Source of the DNA: Candidatus Heimdallarchaeota archaeon
Lineage (GTDB): Archaea; Asgardarchaeota; Heimdallarchaeia; Hodarchaeales; Hodarchaeaceae
NCBI GenBank assembly: GCA_048881705.1
Contig: JBHLSH010000024.1
Coordinates: 1-45,228 of the forward strand
Length of the DNA stretch: 45,228 nt
Direction: 5' to 3'
Positions 32,752 to 42,157 of the stretch are shown here, in pieces. The position numbers and the translations under genes are program-made. Within the stretch, counting starts at the first letter, position 1. Every line of letters begins with the position of its first letter. A model generated the notes under the pieces. The model worked only from the letters and a program-made list of their open reading frames with translations, ran no database searches and was not told the DNA's origin.

Positions 32752-34653
32752 TTGTTCCGTCCAAGATGTGACGAAATGAAGCCAGTCGAACCCTTATTCT
32801 GTGATGAATTTAGACTAGCCACCTTGGAAGAACGGGAAAATACGATATTAGGTTATTTAGACGAATTTTTCGACACAGAGAGCAACTACCTCATCTACGG
32901 AAAATTGTTCTCGCACATCATAACAGCCCGAATGGTTGAATTTGATAACAACGAAAATCTGAGAGAAGCATTTCAATTCCAAAAAAGCTGTGCCCAAGTA
33001 TTTAAGACCTTTTATAATCGAGTTTTGGCTCAGACAAAGAACGAGCGGGAAGCAGAAGTTAGGGCAGCAAAGATCATGTGGAACTTCATGGATGAAAATC
33101 GATTTGATGAAGCCCTGCGACTTTGTCTTCTTGAACACGGTTCAAACCCGGACCTTAGTCAAGAAAAACAACAAAAATTCATTCGCCAGTTTGATGTCAT
33201 TCAAAATCTGATTAGAATCGTCCAGGGAGATACGTTAAAACCTGCACCTCCCCTTGCGGCCTATCTAGAAGCTGTCAATTTTGCCACCAAAGCTTTAACC
33301 AACTACCGGATGGACAAAATCAAGAGAGCGGTGGCTTTTTTTGAGCTTGCTCTAAATCAAATCATTGAATTTGACCGCGAAACAGGTGCCAAGTTTGCAG
33401 GTCTAGTGGGGGCTCTGCTTGCTCAGAAAGCAGGATTAGCATCAAAGGGATTGTATTTCCTCCATCGAACCGAGCGTTTACTGCAATCGATGAATGATGC
33501 AGCCAAAAAAATCCAATTCCAAGAGATGTCGTCCTCATATTGGACTCTGGGGTTATTCACAAAAACTCTGGAAAAATTAATGCAGGAATTGGAGCTTCAT
33601 ACGGAGGCAAGGTCACCTATCGGGATTCAACAAAGCCAAGAACATCTAAGCATTTTCTATAGGAAGCTGAACCGATATCTAGATTCCCACGATTGGGCTC
33701 TTCGGGCCTTAAGATCGACGATTCAGGCCGAGGAGAAGGAGGAACAGACAAGGGGCTTTCGTTTCTTCCAGAGTAATGTGAATTACGCCAAATCTTTGAT
33801 CGGACTCAACTCCTGGGATAAGGCCGAAAAACATCTAGACTACGCAGAAAAATCCATTAGTCAACTAGAATTCACAACAACACCACGTCACCAAGCCCAA
33901 CTTGAGATTGCGCATTTGAAAGGGCTGATCGCAATATTTACGGGTGATCTTGCTCGTGCACAAAGCTATTTTGCCAAAAGACTGACTTTTCCCCGCCAAT
34001 TGGAACCTGCGCTCCCTTTGTACTCCCAATTCCTCCGGTCTGAAGCGATGATGTATCGCAATAAACGCGATTTTCCGAAAGCCATTGAAACTCTCCAACC
34101 TTTGTTTCAGGAAAAACATGCCGTGAACCCTCAGAATGTAGCACTCCTTTCGGAATTACTGGTACTGCATTCCCACGGAAGGGAGGCACTTAAACTTCTC
34201 AAACACGCCCTTGATCTTTTGAATTCCAATTGGACGTCAATTCACACCCAGTCACAGATATATCAAAGCATCGCTTATGTTTATCTCCTAACAGGTGAAT
34301 TTGAAAAAGCAGCACAATGGTACCAGAGTTCCCTTGAAATAAACACTACAGATCTATCAGATCTCAGGATATCTCTTGATTCTCACATGAATTTGGCGTA
34401 CATGGCAATAGAAGGACAAAAAAACATTGAACTGGCAACAAGACATTGTACGACCGTTGAGGAATATGCATCGGCTTCAGGATCAATCAGCGCGCTTCTT
34501 GACGCTGGATTACTTCGGGCCTATATTCTAAAACATCAGGGGAACGATGAAGCCATGGAACGAATGATTCAACGGGTGGCCAATGAGGCCAATGGGTTCC
34601 GTATCAGCTATATCCAAGAAAAAGCAAAGTTTCTTCTAACCCATACAACCTAA
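32752..34653 (+). CDS. Tetratricopeptide-repeat-like alpha-solenoid protein
   Basis: Repeated helix pairs such as SIAYVYLLTGEFEKAAQWYQSSLEI and NYAKSLIGLNSWDKAEKHLDYA; start may be ATG at 32776. Confidence 0.75.
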   Translation: MFRPRCDEMKPVEPLFCDEFRLATLEERENTILGYLDEFFDTESNYLIYGKLFSHIITARMVEFDNNENLREAFQFQKSCAQVFKTFYNRVLAQTKNEREAEVRAAKIMWNFMDENRFDEALRLCLLEHGSNPDLSQEKQQKFIRQFDVIQNLIRIVQGDTLKPAPPLAAYLEAVNFATKALTNYRMDKIKRAVAFFELALNQIIEFDRETGAKFAGLVGALLAQKAGLASKGLYFLHRTERLLQSMNDAAKKIQFQEMSSSYWTLGLFTKTLEKLMQELELHTEARSPIGIQQSQEHLSIFYRKLNRYLDSHDWALRALRSTIQAEEKEEQTRGFRFFQSNVNYAKSLIGLNSWDKAEKHLDYAEKSISQLEFTTTPRHQAQLEIAHLKGLIAIFTGDLARAQSYFAKRLTFPRQLEPALPLYSQFLRSEAMMYRNKRDFPKAIETLQPLFQEKHAVNPQNVALLSELLVLHSHGREALKLLKHALDLLNSNWTSIHTQSQIYQSIAYVYLLTGEFEKAAQWYQSSLEINTTDLSDLRISLDSHMNLAYMAIEGQKNIELATRHCTTVEEYASASGSISALLDAGLLRAYILKHQGNDEAMERMIQRVANEANGFRISYIQEKAKFLLTHTT

Positions 34654-34661
34654 ATTCACGA

Positions 34662-36233
34662 TCAGAAAAAATCAGTAAGTGATTTTTCTTTTTTCTTAAC
34701 CCTTTTTTTCTTCTTTTTACGATTTTCATGGAGTATTGGGGTTTTTGAGTTTTCTAAATCCTTAATATCAGTTGAAAGATGGTTTCTATCAACGCTCTCC
34801 GTTTTTTGCACATTCCCAGGTTTAAGTTCAGATATTTCTTGTTGGCTAGTAAGTTGTTGTAAGATACTAGGATCAATCTCCCGTCTGATGACCCTTTCCA
34901 CGGAAGGATAAAGCGTGCGGATGATCTTTTTTATTTCACGATTTGTTTCTTTTCGTTTGCAGAGATGATCAATCTCTCCATTCCATACTATTCTGGTCCG
35001 GCGTTTTCCTGGCGTAATATCAAAGAATCCAAAATCAAGGGCAAGATGCGCCGCCATTTCAGCGTTGTTTTCGAAAATAACCTTTATATACGGGAGATAA
35101 ATGTTCAAAGCGTCTTTTTCTGAAACATTACATACCTTGGCGACTTTTAGCGCAATTTTCCTTTTTCTTCTTAATCTAGAAAGGAGAATCCAATATTGTG
35201 GTACCTGGAGGCGAAAATCAGGAAATGTAGGGGAGTTTTCATGGGATGGAACGAAGCTTGCGAGATTTCGTGTAATGAAATTGTAAAAATAGCTCAGTTG
35301 GGTCCAAAACCGGTGTCTTTGGGCACGCGTAAGGGCCAAGTCAGCCACTGCGAGAATATCATAGATCTTAGCAATAGCGGTGTAGCTGTTTCGGGGTAGA
35401 TAATCAACGGCGAGATCGCGGAGAATAAGGAGTAGTTTACTATAGGTCATATCACTAAGCTGCCGAGTCAATTCATGAGCTTTGTCACCGTTGCGTGCAA
35501 TGAAAATAGTATCAAGAAATTCCTTGGTAGCAACCATTTGATCTCGAAAAGAAAGCACGCCAATATCTTCTTGTGTGATTTGATTCCTTTCAGACGCGAT
35601 TGTTTGAAAAGAATTGATCGATCCCCTGATGTCATTTTGGCTTTTTTCGATGATATCTAGAAGAACTTCGTCGGAGGCTTGAATCAATTCTGCATCCGCT
35701 ATTCTTCTTAATATACGTGCGATTTCTTGTGGTGACGGGTTTTCAAATTCCCGAAGTTCACAATGTCTTAGGAGGCTCTTGAATTTCTGCGGAGAAACAT
35801 CATTGGCTGTTAGAATAATTGGAACACGGGTGTGTTCTATGATTTCAATGATTTCTCGGATTCCACCTCTGTCTGCCGTTCCACTCAACCCGTCAATTTC
35901 GTCAATAAGTAAAATCTGTCCAATTTTGGCTTCTAAATCCTCCTTGAGAGATCTAGAAGACGAAGCCTGACGGATGGCTTTCAAGGATTTTTTATTACGT
36001 TTATCACTTGCATTTACCATCACAACATCAAAATTCAACGCTGTAGCAATGGCAAGGATTGAGCTCGTCTTTCCTATCCCAGGTGGACCATACAACAAAA
36101 GAGCCCTTTTCTCTAGTTTTTCCCGTAGGGATGGGTTACGAAAGCGATTTAAATATACCACAATAGAATTAACGCTCTTCTCATTTCCCACAATTTCAGA
36201 ACGCCGTGTCGGGGCATACTTCTGAACCCACAA
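34662..36233 (-). CDS. rfcL: Replication factor C large subunit
   Basis: MWVQKYAP, Walker A GPPGIGKTS, NASDKR, Walker B LIDEIDG; C-terminal PIP-like EKSLTDFF. Confidence 0.95.
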   Translation of the reverse strand: MWVQKYAPTRRSEIVGNEKSVNSIVVYLNRFRNPSLREKLEKRALLLYGPPGIGKTSSILAIATALNFDVVMVNASDKRNKKSLKAIRQASSSRSLKEDLEAKIGQILLIDEIDGLSGTADRGGIREIIEIIEHTRVPIILTANDVSPQKFKSLLRHCELREFENPSPQEIARILRRIADAELIQASDEVLLDIIEKSQNDIRGSINSFQTIASERNQITQEDIGVLSFRDQMVATKEFLDTIFIARNGDKAHELTRQLSDMTYSKLLLILRDLAVDYLPRNSYTAIAKIYDILAVADLALTRAQRHRFWTQLSYFYNFITRNLASFVPSHENSPTFPDFRLQVPQYWILLSRLRRKRKIALKVAKVCNVSEKDALNIYLPYIKVIFENNAEMAAHLALDFGFFDITPGKRRTRIVWNGEIDHLCKRKETNREIKKIIRTLYPSVERVIRREIDPSILQQLTSQQEISELKPGNVQKTESVDRNHLSTDIKDLENSKTPILHENRKKKKKRVKKKEKSLTDFF

Positions 36234-36245
36234 GGGTCGATCCCT

Positions 36246-37262
36246 CTATCTGCTTTGGGCTGCTACAATAAATTTCGCCAGAAACGCATCAAACTGGACC
36301 AGAGGATTACAACCAGCTGAGAGACGATAATCAATCTCTGATAACATTGATAACGCTGTAAACCGCACTGTATCTGATAATTTCTCATTTGGGAATCGAA
36401 TTAGTTCCCTATTTAGATATCTGACAATATCCTGTCCTGAGAGGCCGTACACTTCCATTAAATCTTGAAGCAGTTTCCTTGCGGTCAGGAAGTTGGGCTG
36501 GGGTTTGATCGCTTCTTGGATGATTTTCCTCACTTGATCGGGCTTCACATAGCCTTGAAGGGTCTGGATCGTTTTTGATGATATCTTAGTATCCATTACG
36601 GAGGCGGCCTGAAGCACGTTGATAGCCTGCCGCATATCTCCTTCAGAACTATCGTATAGTGCCTCTAATGCCTCCTCATCTACTGCTAAGTTCTTTTTGT
36701 CAGCAATAAATCGTAAGCGTTCCATAACTTCCTCTTTTTCTAGATTACGGAACCGAAAAATGGCACATCGAGATTGAATTGGGGGGATGATCCTCGAACT
36801 GTAATTGCAGATCAAAATAAAACGGGTAAGCGCATTGTATTGCTCCATAGTTCGACGTAATGCATGTTGGGCTTCGCTGGTCATTTGATCCGCTTCATCT
36901 AGAATAATGATTTTGAAGGTTGCGGATCCTGAGGGGATGATTCGGGCAAAATTTTTGATATCTTCACGAACTACTCCGATTCCTCTGTCATCCGAAGCAT
37001 TTAATCTTTTAACGTTCGCCGTTCGATCCCCAGATTGATATATACCATTAACTATGGCCTCAGCAGTCGTAGTTTTTCCTACGCCAGGAGGACCAGCGAA
37101 AAGCATGTGGGGGAAATCAACGCGACGTACGAATTGCGTGATTCGCTCTATAATTCCCACTTGGCCTACGATGTCGGCTAAATTCCGCGGACGGAAAGAC
37201 TCAGTCCACATTCGCTCGATAGTAACCACTATTTCACCCTGATACTCTAAAGGTGGAGACAC
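36246..37262 (-). CDS. rfcS: Replication factor C small subunit
   Basis: WTESFRP, GPPGVGKTT, LNASDDRGI, ILDEADQM, QSRC, GDMRQAIN. Confidence 0.96.
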   Translation of the reverse strand: MSPPLEYQGEIVVTIERMWTESFRPRNLADIVGQVGIIERITQFVRRVDFPHMLFAGPPGVGKTTTAEAIVNGIYQSGDRTANVKRLNASDDRGIGVVREDIKNFARIIPSGSATFKIIILDEADQMTSEAQHALRRTMEQYNALTRFILICNYSSRIIPPIQSRCAIFRFRNLEKEEVMERLRFIADKKNLAVDEEALEALYDSSEGDMRQAINVLQAASVMDTKISSKTIQTLQGYVKPDQVRKIIQEAIKPQPNFLTARKLLQDLMEVYGLSGQDIVRYLNRELIRFPNEKLSDTVRFTALSMLSEIDYRLSAGCNPLVQFDAFLAKFIVAAQSR

Positions 37263-37277
37263 GAATGAATTCTATAG

Positions 37278-38144
37278 CTATTCTTCGTCTTCATTTTCTT
37301 CTTCATAGTCCTCCCACTCTTCGTCATCATCAGAGGATCCTTCTTCTTCGTACTCTTCTGATTCGTAATCCTGTTGCATGGGAGCAAGGAGGTATCCTAG
37401 GGCAAGATTATTCTCATATTGATACAACAGTTTTAGGGGTTTATCAGAATCGAACCATAGTTTGGCCGAAGCAAAGCTGTTGTCCACTAGAATGATATTT
37501 TTAAAGTAGTCAGTCGGATACATCGACTCGGCGGCTTTATCCATAGAAATACTTGTGAGTGCCGAATTACCCTGCTGATCTACTTCCATTTCAACACTGA
37601 CCTCCTTTTTATCATGTGAACTGCTAAAGATCATTTTTCCTGCATCTGCTCGAATACTTACAAGATCCCCAACAATCGAAACATCACGTACAATTTCAGA
37701 AAGGGCTCCTCCAACTAGCTCGGCTGTTACGCCGAAATCCAATTCCGAAGGATCGGGTAGTTGGGTTTCTTCTGGCGCTGAAAGGGGAAGAATAAAGTCC
37801 CTTGTTCCCCGCCCCGTATATGCTAATTTGAGGACATCGTTGTTCTCATCAAGCTCTAGTGTAAGAATATCATCTTTCCTGGCCCTCTGAAGCACCTTCT
37901 TGAGGTCCTGCATATGTACCGCTATAACGTATTCTTTATCACAGGTAAAGCTGCCCGCGCCTGTGAAGTATGAGGGGTGGATTTTAAGGTCGACCATGGC
38001 AAAACGACCTTTATCCATGTTTCTGAGGAGGATTCCATCTTGCGGCCGGATCACAAATGTCCCTTCATCTTCGAGGATCGCCGCTGCAGCGTTTAACACT
38101 TTTGAAAACATATCTAATTGCTCTATCTCAATACGGAGTGTCAC
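37278..38144 (-). CDS. pcn: DNA sliding clamp PCNA with an extended acidic C-terminal tail
   Basis: PCNA pattern (GILLRNMDKGRFAMVDL, DKPLKLLY, GYLLAP); directly upstream of rfcS. Confidence 0.9.
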   Translation of the reverse strand: MTLRIEIEQLDMFSKVLNAAAAILEDEGTFVIRPQDGILLRNMDKGRFAMVDLKIHPSYFTGAGSFTCDKEYVIAVHMQDLKKVLQRARKDDILTLELDENNDVLKLAYTGRGTRDFILPLSAPEETQLPDPSELDFGVTAELVGGALSEIVRDVSIVGDLVSIRADAGKMIFSSSHDKKEVSVEMEVDQQGNSALTSISMDKAAESMYPTDYFKNIILVDNSFASAKLWFDSDKPLKLLYQYENNLALGYLLAPMQQDYESEEYEEEGSSDDDEEWEDYEEENEDEE

Positions 38145-38390
38145 GAGATGTCACCATAATCCTAATTTTCTTCCATTCTCTTATTAGGCTGCTGTTCTAC
38201 TTTAAGACGGATATTGGTTCATAACTTATAATGGTATCCTGCTATTAAGACTGGGATTACTAAGAGAGAGACATTGGAAAAGGAAGGGCGTTAATCAACG
38301 AAATGTTATGTCCACCTGGCGAAGTCTCGATTAGCGGCTATGTCCTAATAAGAGGGAAGTGCGACACTTTAGGCTCAAAGAACTGGTTAA

Positions 38391-38795
38391 TTAACATCCT
38401 ACCAATTTTAGTCGGAAACGAGAGAGAAGTTCTGATCCAATTACTCTTCCATTTTCGGACATCCAATAATCTCCCACCACATCTTGTCTGAGGAGATGCT
38501 TTCTTGTTAGATTTGCAAGATTAGATCTGACTGATTCCTCCAATTCTCCCTCAAAGATTAGTTCTAGGTCCTCTATGACTGATTTCACATTCCTTATGAT
38601 CTGCTCCTCTCCTAAACCAACATCTAATGCGGCTAGCATGCTTGTTATGAGACATTCGAACCCGTTTTGAGTTTCTACTGTAAGGAATGGATTCTCCAAA
38701 ACCTCAGTTTTTTTGATTGTGGCTGGAGTCATAATGTCAACAGATTTACCCATGTTTCTCCTTAAAACCTTATAGACACTGATTAATCCAGTCAA
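38391..38795 (-). CDS. Small hypothetical protein, possible winged helix
   Basis: C-terminal SVRSNLANLTRKHLL...YWMSENG pattern; probable start ATG at 38753. Confidence 0.6.
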   Translation of the reverse strand: MTGLISVYKVLRRNMGKSVDIMTPATIKKTEVLENPFLTVETQNGFECLITSMLAALDVGLGEEQIIRNVKSVIEDLELIFEGELEESVRSNLANLTRKHLLRQDVVGDYWMSENGRVIGSELLSRFRLKLVGC

Positions 38796-38974
38796 TCATT
38801 ATTGGGTTGAAACTGATGGCTGTCTATTGGACAGATTTAGTCCCCACTGTAATGGACATCCCAGGCCGTGATCGATCATGGCAGGAATGTTATCAATTAT
38901 AAACACATGAGACCGAATGGCAATGAATCAGGGGATAAATCGTCCTCTTGAGAGAATTAAGCGTTTGAGGAATC

Positions 38975-40051
38975 TTACACAGTTGAAGTGGAATTCCGCA
39001 GTTTTCCCAACTGTTCTAGTCCCTGAATAATGTGATCCGCACTCGGGGGACTAATTAGACGACCTTCAATGGTAAATGACTGTTTTTTTTCTGTTATGTA
39101 CCCAATTACCTCGGCAGGTTGGTCATTGTGACGTAACGTGGAAAGTATTTCACGTGCATTGTCGGGATCGCATACCAAAAGAACCGCACCAGATGAGATC
39201 AGGTTGTATGGATCAATACTAAGAATGTCAGAGATTTTCTTAGTGACTGGAGCAAGAGGGATCATTTTGGATTCAATCTCGCATCCGACTCCTTTTGGAG
39301 CCAGACATTCATATAATGCGCCTAAAATGCCCGCCTCGGTAGCATCATGGACAAGATGTAAGGATTCATGGTGGATTTTATTGCATTTCAGAATTCGGGA
39401 GGTAATCGCAAGATTTTGACCGATCGTTTCTCCCTGATCGTATTCTGACCTAGTGAGTCCTAGATCTCGCCAGAGTTTTCCTCCTTCAGCAAGGAGGATG
39501 CCTGTTCCCTCAGCAGCGACCCATCCTGAACACACAATGGCATCACCAATCCGTGGTTTTCGTGGTATGTAGTACTCGGGCGGAACAAAACCGATCATGC
39601 TTGCAGATAGAAGGGGATAGGAAACACCATTCGTTATCTCTGTATGTCCTCCAAGGATTGTAATGTTGTTTTCGATACAAACCTCAGACAGGCGGGACTG
39701 AATCTTCCTCAAAACTGATTTTTTTGTACCTGGAGGTAACAGAATTGTTACTGTTATACCATACGGAATTGCACCAGCAGTCGCGAGGTCATTCATATTC
39801 ACGGTAATTAAATATTTTGAGGGATCGGGGGTCGGAAACGTGATTGGATCCGCCTTGTAAACTAGATATGGAACACTCTTTGTCTCGTAAATTGCATTTA
39901 CTTGGTCAAACACCTCCTGGAGCGCCAGTACGGCTACATCAATTCCAGGTTCTGCTGGCTGCATTATCCCTTTGTTTGAACTAGATCCCATTTTACCTAG
40001 TAATTCCGTTAGCAGTTTCCAAGGAACCTTCCCAGAAAGCAGTGTATCCAA
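38975..40051 (-). CDS. AIR synthase-related protein (PurM/HypE/ThiL superfamily)
   Basis: VNMNDLATAGA, ILGGHTE, GDAIV, HDATEAGILGAL, ISSGAVL. Confidence 0.88.
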   Translation of the reverse strand: MDTLLSGKVPWKLLTELLGKMGSSSNKGIMQPAEPGIDVAVLALQEVFDQVNAIYETKSVPYLVYKADPITFPTPDPSKYLITVNMNDLATAGAIPYGITVTILLPPGTKKSVLRKIQSRLSEVCIENNITILGGHTEITNGVSYPLLSASMIGFVPPEYYIPRKPRIGDAIVCSGWVAAEGTGILLAEGGKLWRDLGLTRSEYDQGETIGQNLAITSRILKCNKIHHESLHLVHDATEAGILGALYECLAPKGVGCEIESKMIPLAPVTKKISDILSIDPYNLISSGAVLLVCDPDNAREILSTLRHNDQPAEVIGYITEKKQSFTIEGRLISPPSADHIIQGLEQLGKLRNSTSTV

Positions 40052-40650
40052 TGATATCTACCTCTTTGGAAACTATAATAACTCCAGATTTTTTAATCAT
40101 GCTTAAGTTTCCGAGTGAGCCCCTGATGAGTCAGGAACAGCCTATCTTTGCCGAGAGTTTTTTTCAGATTCGTCCACGTAGAATTTTCCAGGCTCTGTTT
40201 TTTTATTATCACGATCCAACTCAAAATTATTTCTATTTAAAGGAGACAGGGGCGCTTGGGGGAGAAATTGAAGTCATTCACCAAAATCTTCAAGCTTTCA
40301 TTGACGAGGACACCTTATGGATAAATGATCGTAAGACCCGAATGCTTATTTCCCAAGTCCAGCTGGAATTCCGGAAAAATCGACGTATCTTACCGTACCT
40401 TAACTTTAAAATCCAGTCCGAACCATTTGGTTTACACGATGGGAAAATCAATGAAATACGCTTGTATGCCAAACCTGAGGATCTTGCCTATCCTGCAATC
40501 TCGTGTTGGCAAACGACGATTGGACTTATTGATAGGGTAATATCCTCCTCCTTTCATCAATTAAGCATGGATAAGACCCGGGTGACATTTTATATGTCCA
40601 AGGGGGACATTGTCGGGGGCGATGAGCGGATTTTCATCGATTTGACGTAG
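40042..40650 (+). CDS. Hypothetical protein
   Basis: 202-aa ORF; the annotated start overlaps the divergent gene, so the real start is more likely ATG at 40099 or 40126. Confidence 0.6.
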   Translation: MYPMISTSLETIITPDFLIMLKFPSEPLMSQEQPIFAESFFQIRPRRIFQALFFYYHDPTQNYFYLKETGALGGEIEVIHQNLQAFIDEDTLWINDRKTRMLISQVQLEFRKNRRILPYLNFKIQSEPFGLHDGKINEIRLYAKPEDLAYPAISCWQTTIGLIDRVISSSFHQLSMDKTRVTFYMSKGDIVGGDERIFIDLT

Positions 40651-40787
40651 ATAATGTGAAATCGGTCTCCAATCGGATTTTTAAAGTGCCCGACAGCAAA
40701 ATAATCTCGGTATTTCCCGCTTTAATCCGTTCAATTCTGGGCTCTTTGTGGCCTATTGGGCAACACCTTTTAGGACCTGAGACATAG

Positions 40788-41432
40788 ATGCCAGAGCTTC
40801 CCCAAATCCTTGTTGACAGCATTGTTTTCATTCTCCCACTTTGGGTTGCCAATGCGGCTCCCACGTTATTGGGTGGAGGGCCACCTATTGATGGCGGTAG
40901 GCTTTGGCGGGATGGACGCAGGATTTTGGGGGATGGTAAGACTATTCGTGGTTTTTGGATGGGCGTACTGTCAGGAACCCTAACAGGGGGATTGGTAGCT
41001 ATCCTAGTCCCCATTTTTGAGGGTGTTTTATTACAAGGGAGCACGGTAGATACAACAACTTTTCTGAGACTTTATTACCTTGACCTATGGCCAACAAGTT
41101 CCCTGTACCAGGTTCTTGGGGCCCTTCAAATTGAGGATTTACTTTCTGATCCCCTTCTCTTTGGTTTAATGGCGAGCTTTATTATGTCATTTGGTGGATT
41201 AGCCGGTGATATTATCGGGTCGTTCATTAAACGTCGGAGTGGTATTGAACGAGGTCATACCTTCATTTTTTTGGATCAGTTGGGTTTCTTACTTATGGGA
41301 ACCATCTTCGTTTATCCTTTGATTCCCGTTCCCATTGAATGGTTCTTGGTACTCGTCCCTATTACTTTCATAACCCATATTGCGGCAAACCTCTTCGGAT
41401 ACTTTACAGGAATCCAAGATGCGCCCCTATAA
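40788..41432 (+). CDS. carS: CDP-archaeol synthase
   Basis: LPLWVANAAP, PIDGG, GDGKTIRG, GDIIGSFIKRRSGIERG, DQLGF. Confidence 0.93.
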   Translation: MPELPQILVDSIVFILPLWVANAAPTLLGGGPPIDGGRLWRDGRRILGDGKTIRGFWMGVLSGTLTGGLVAILVPIFEGVLLQGSTVDTTTFLRLYYLDLWPTSSLYQVLGALQIEDLLSDPLLFGLMASFIMSFGGLAGDIIGSFIKRRSGIERGHTFIFLDQLGFLLMGTIFVYPLIPVPIEWFLVLVPITFITHIAANLFGYFTGIQDAPL

Positions 41433-41614
41433 CCATCTCTGGAAGCCCCAGTTTTTATCGGCCTATTGAGCTTTCATTTTTATCGATCTGGAATAATCAG
41501 AAAAATTTTTCAACTCGTTCGAAAAATATGGTACATAGCTAGCAGTACTAACTGACTATCCCACGAAAATCAGTAAAACCACCCCACGATCGAATACAAA
41601 GGAGTTTATTCAGT

Positions 41615-41902
41615 ATGACAGCGAATAATCAGGAAAACGTAGTATTCATTGGCAATAAACCAGTAACAGCGTATGTAATGGCCTGTGTTACTCAATTTAA
41701 TCGAGATGCTGAACAGATAGTTTTAAAAGCAAGAGGCCGTGCTATTAGTCGAGCTGTCGATGTAGCTGAGGTTCTTAGACGCCGATTTATGACGAACCAG
41801 GTAGATGTAACCAATATTGAAATCGGAACTGAGCAGATCGAGACTAGGGAAGGAAACATGAGCAACGTTTCCGCCATTGAGATAACCATCAAGAAGATCT
41901 AA
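41615..41902 (+). CDS. albA: DNA/RNA-binding protein Alba
   Basis: [33 protein letters not shown]; SD-like GGAG upstream. Confidence 0.97.
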   Translation: MTANNQENVVFIGNKPVTAYVMACVTQFNRDAEQIVLKARGRAISRAVDVAEVLRRRFMTNQVDVTNIEIGTEQIETREGNMSNVSAIEITIKKI

Positions 41903-42157
41903 TCCGCTATATCGATCTGGCCATGTTGTACACATGAGATCGTCACCTCCTCTTTACAATATTAGGTGATACCCTATTTAATCAGCCAGGTATGTACAAT
42001 ATCATCCAATGAGATCTTCTTCCCCTTTTGGGCTGATTGAGAAAGCTTTATTATCCCCGTAATCCTGAGAATACCACACGAACCTATAAAGGACGCCGTT
42101 TTTTCTTACAGGATCGTAATTTTCATTTCAATGTAACTGGATTTTGGAGGCCTAAGT

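Noticed and set aside
21855-37262. Inteins in RtcB and RFC subunits (common intein hosts)
   Set aside because: The proteins have normal lengths and contiguous motifs, with no C...HN or LAGLIDADG signatures.
40042-40051. Head-to-head overlap of start codons between the AIR-synthase-like gene and ORF 40042
   Set aside because: Most likely a start-call artefact; downstream ATGs at 40099 and 40126 leave room for divergent promoters.
41913-41941. Bulged hairpin GATCT-GGC-CATG...CATG-AGATC after alba, as a bulge-helix-bulge or structured RNA
   Set aside because: It has only one bulge and short stems, with no tRNA or intron context; at most a terminator hairpin.
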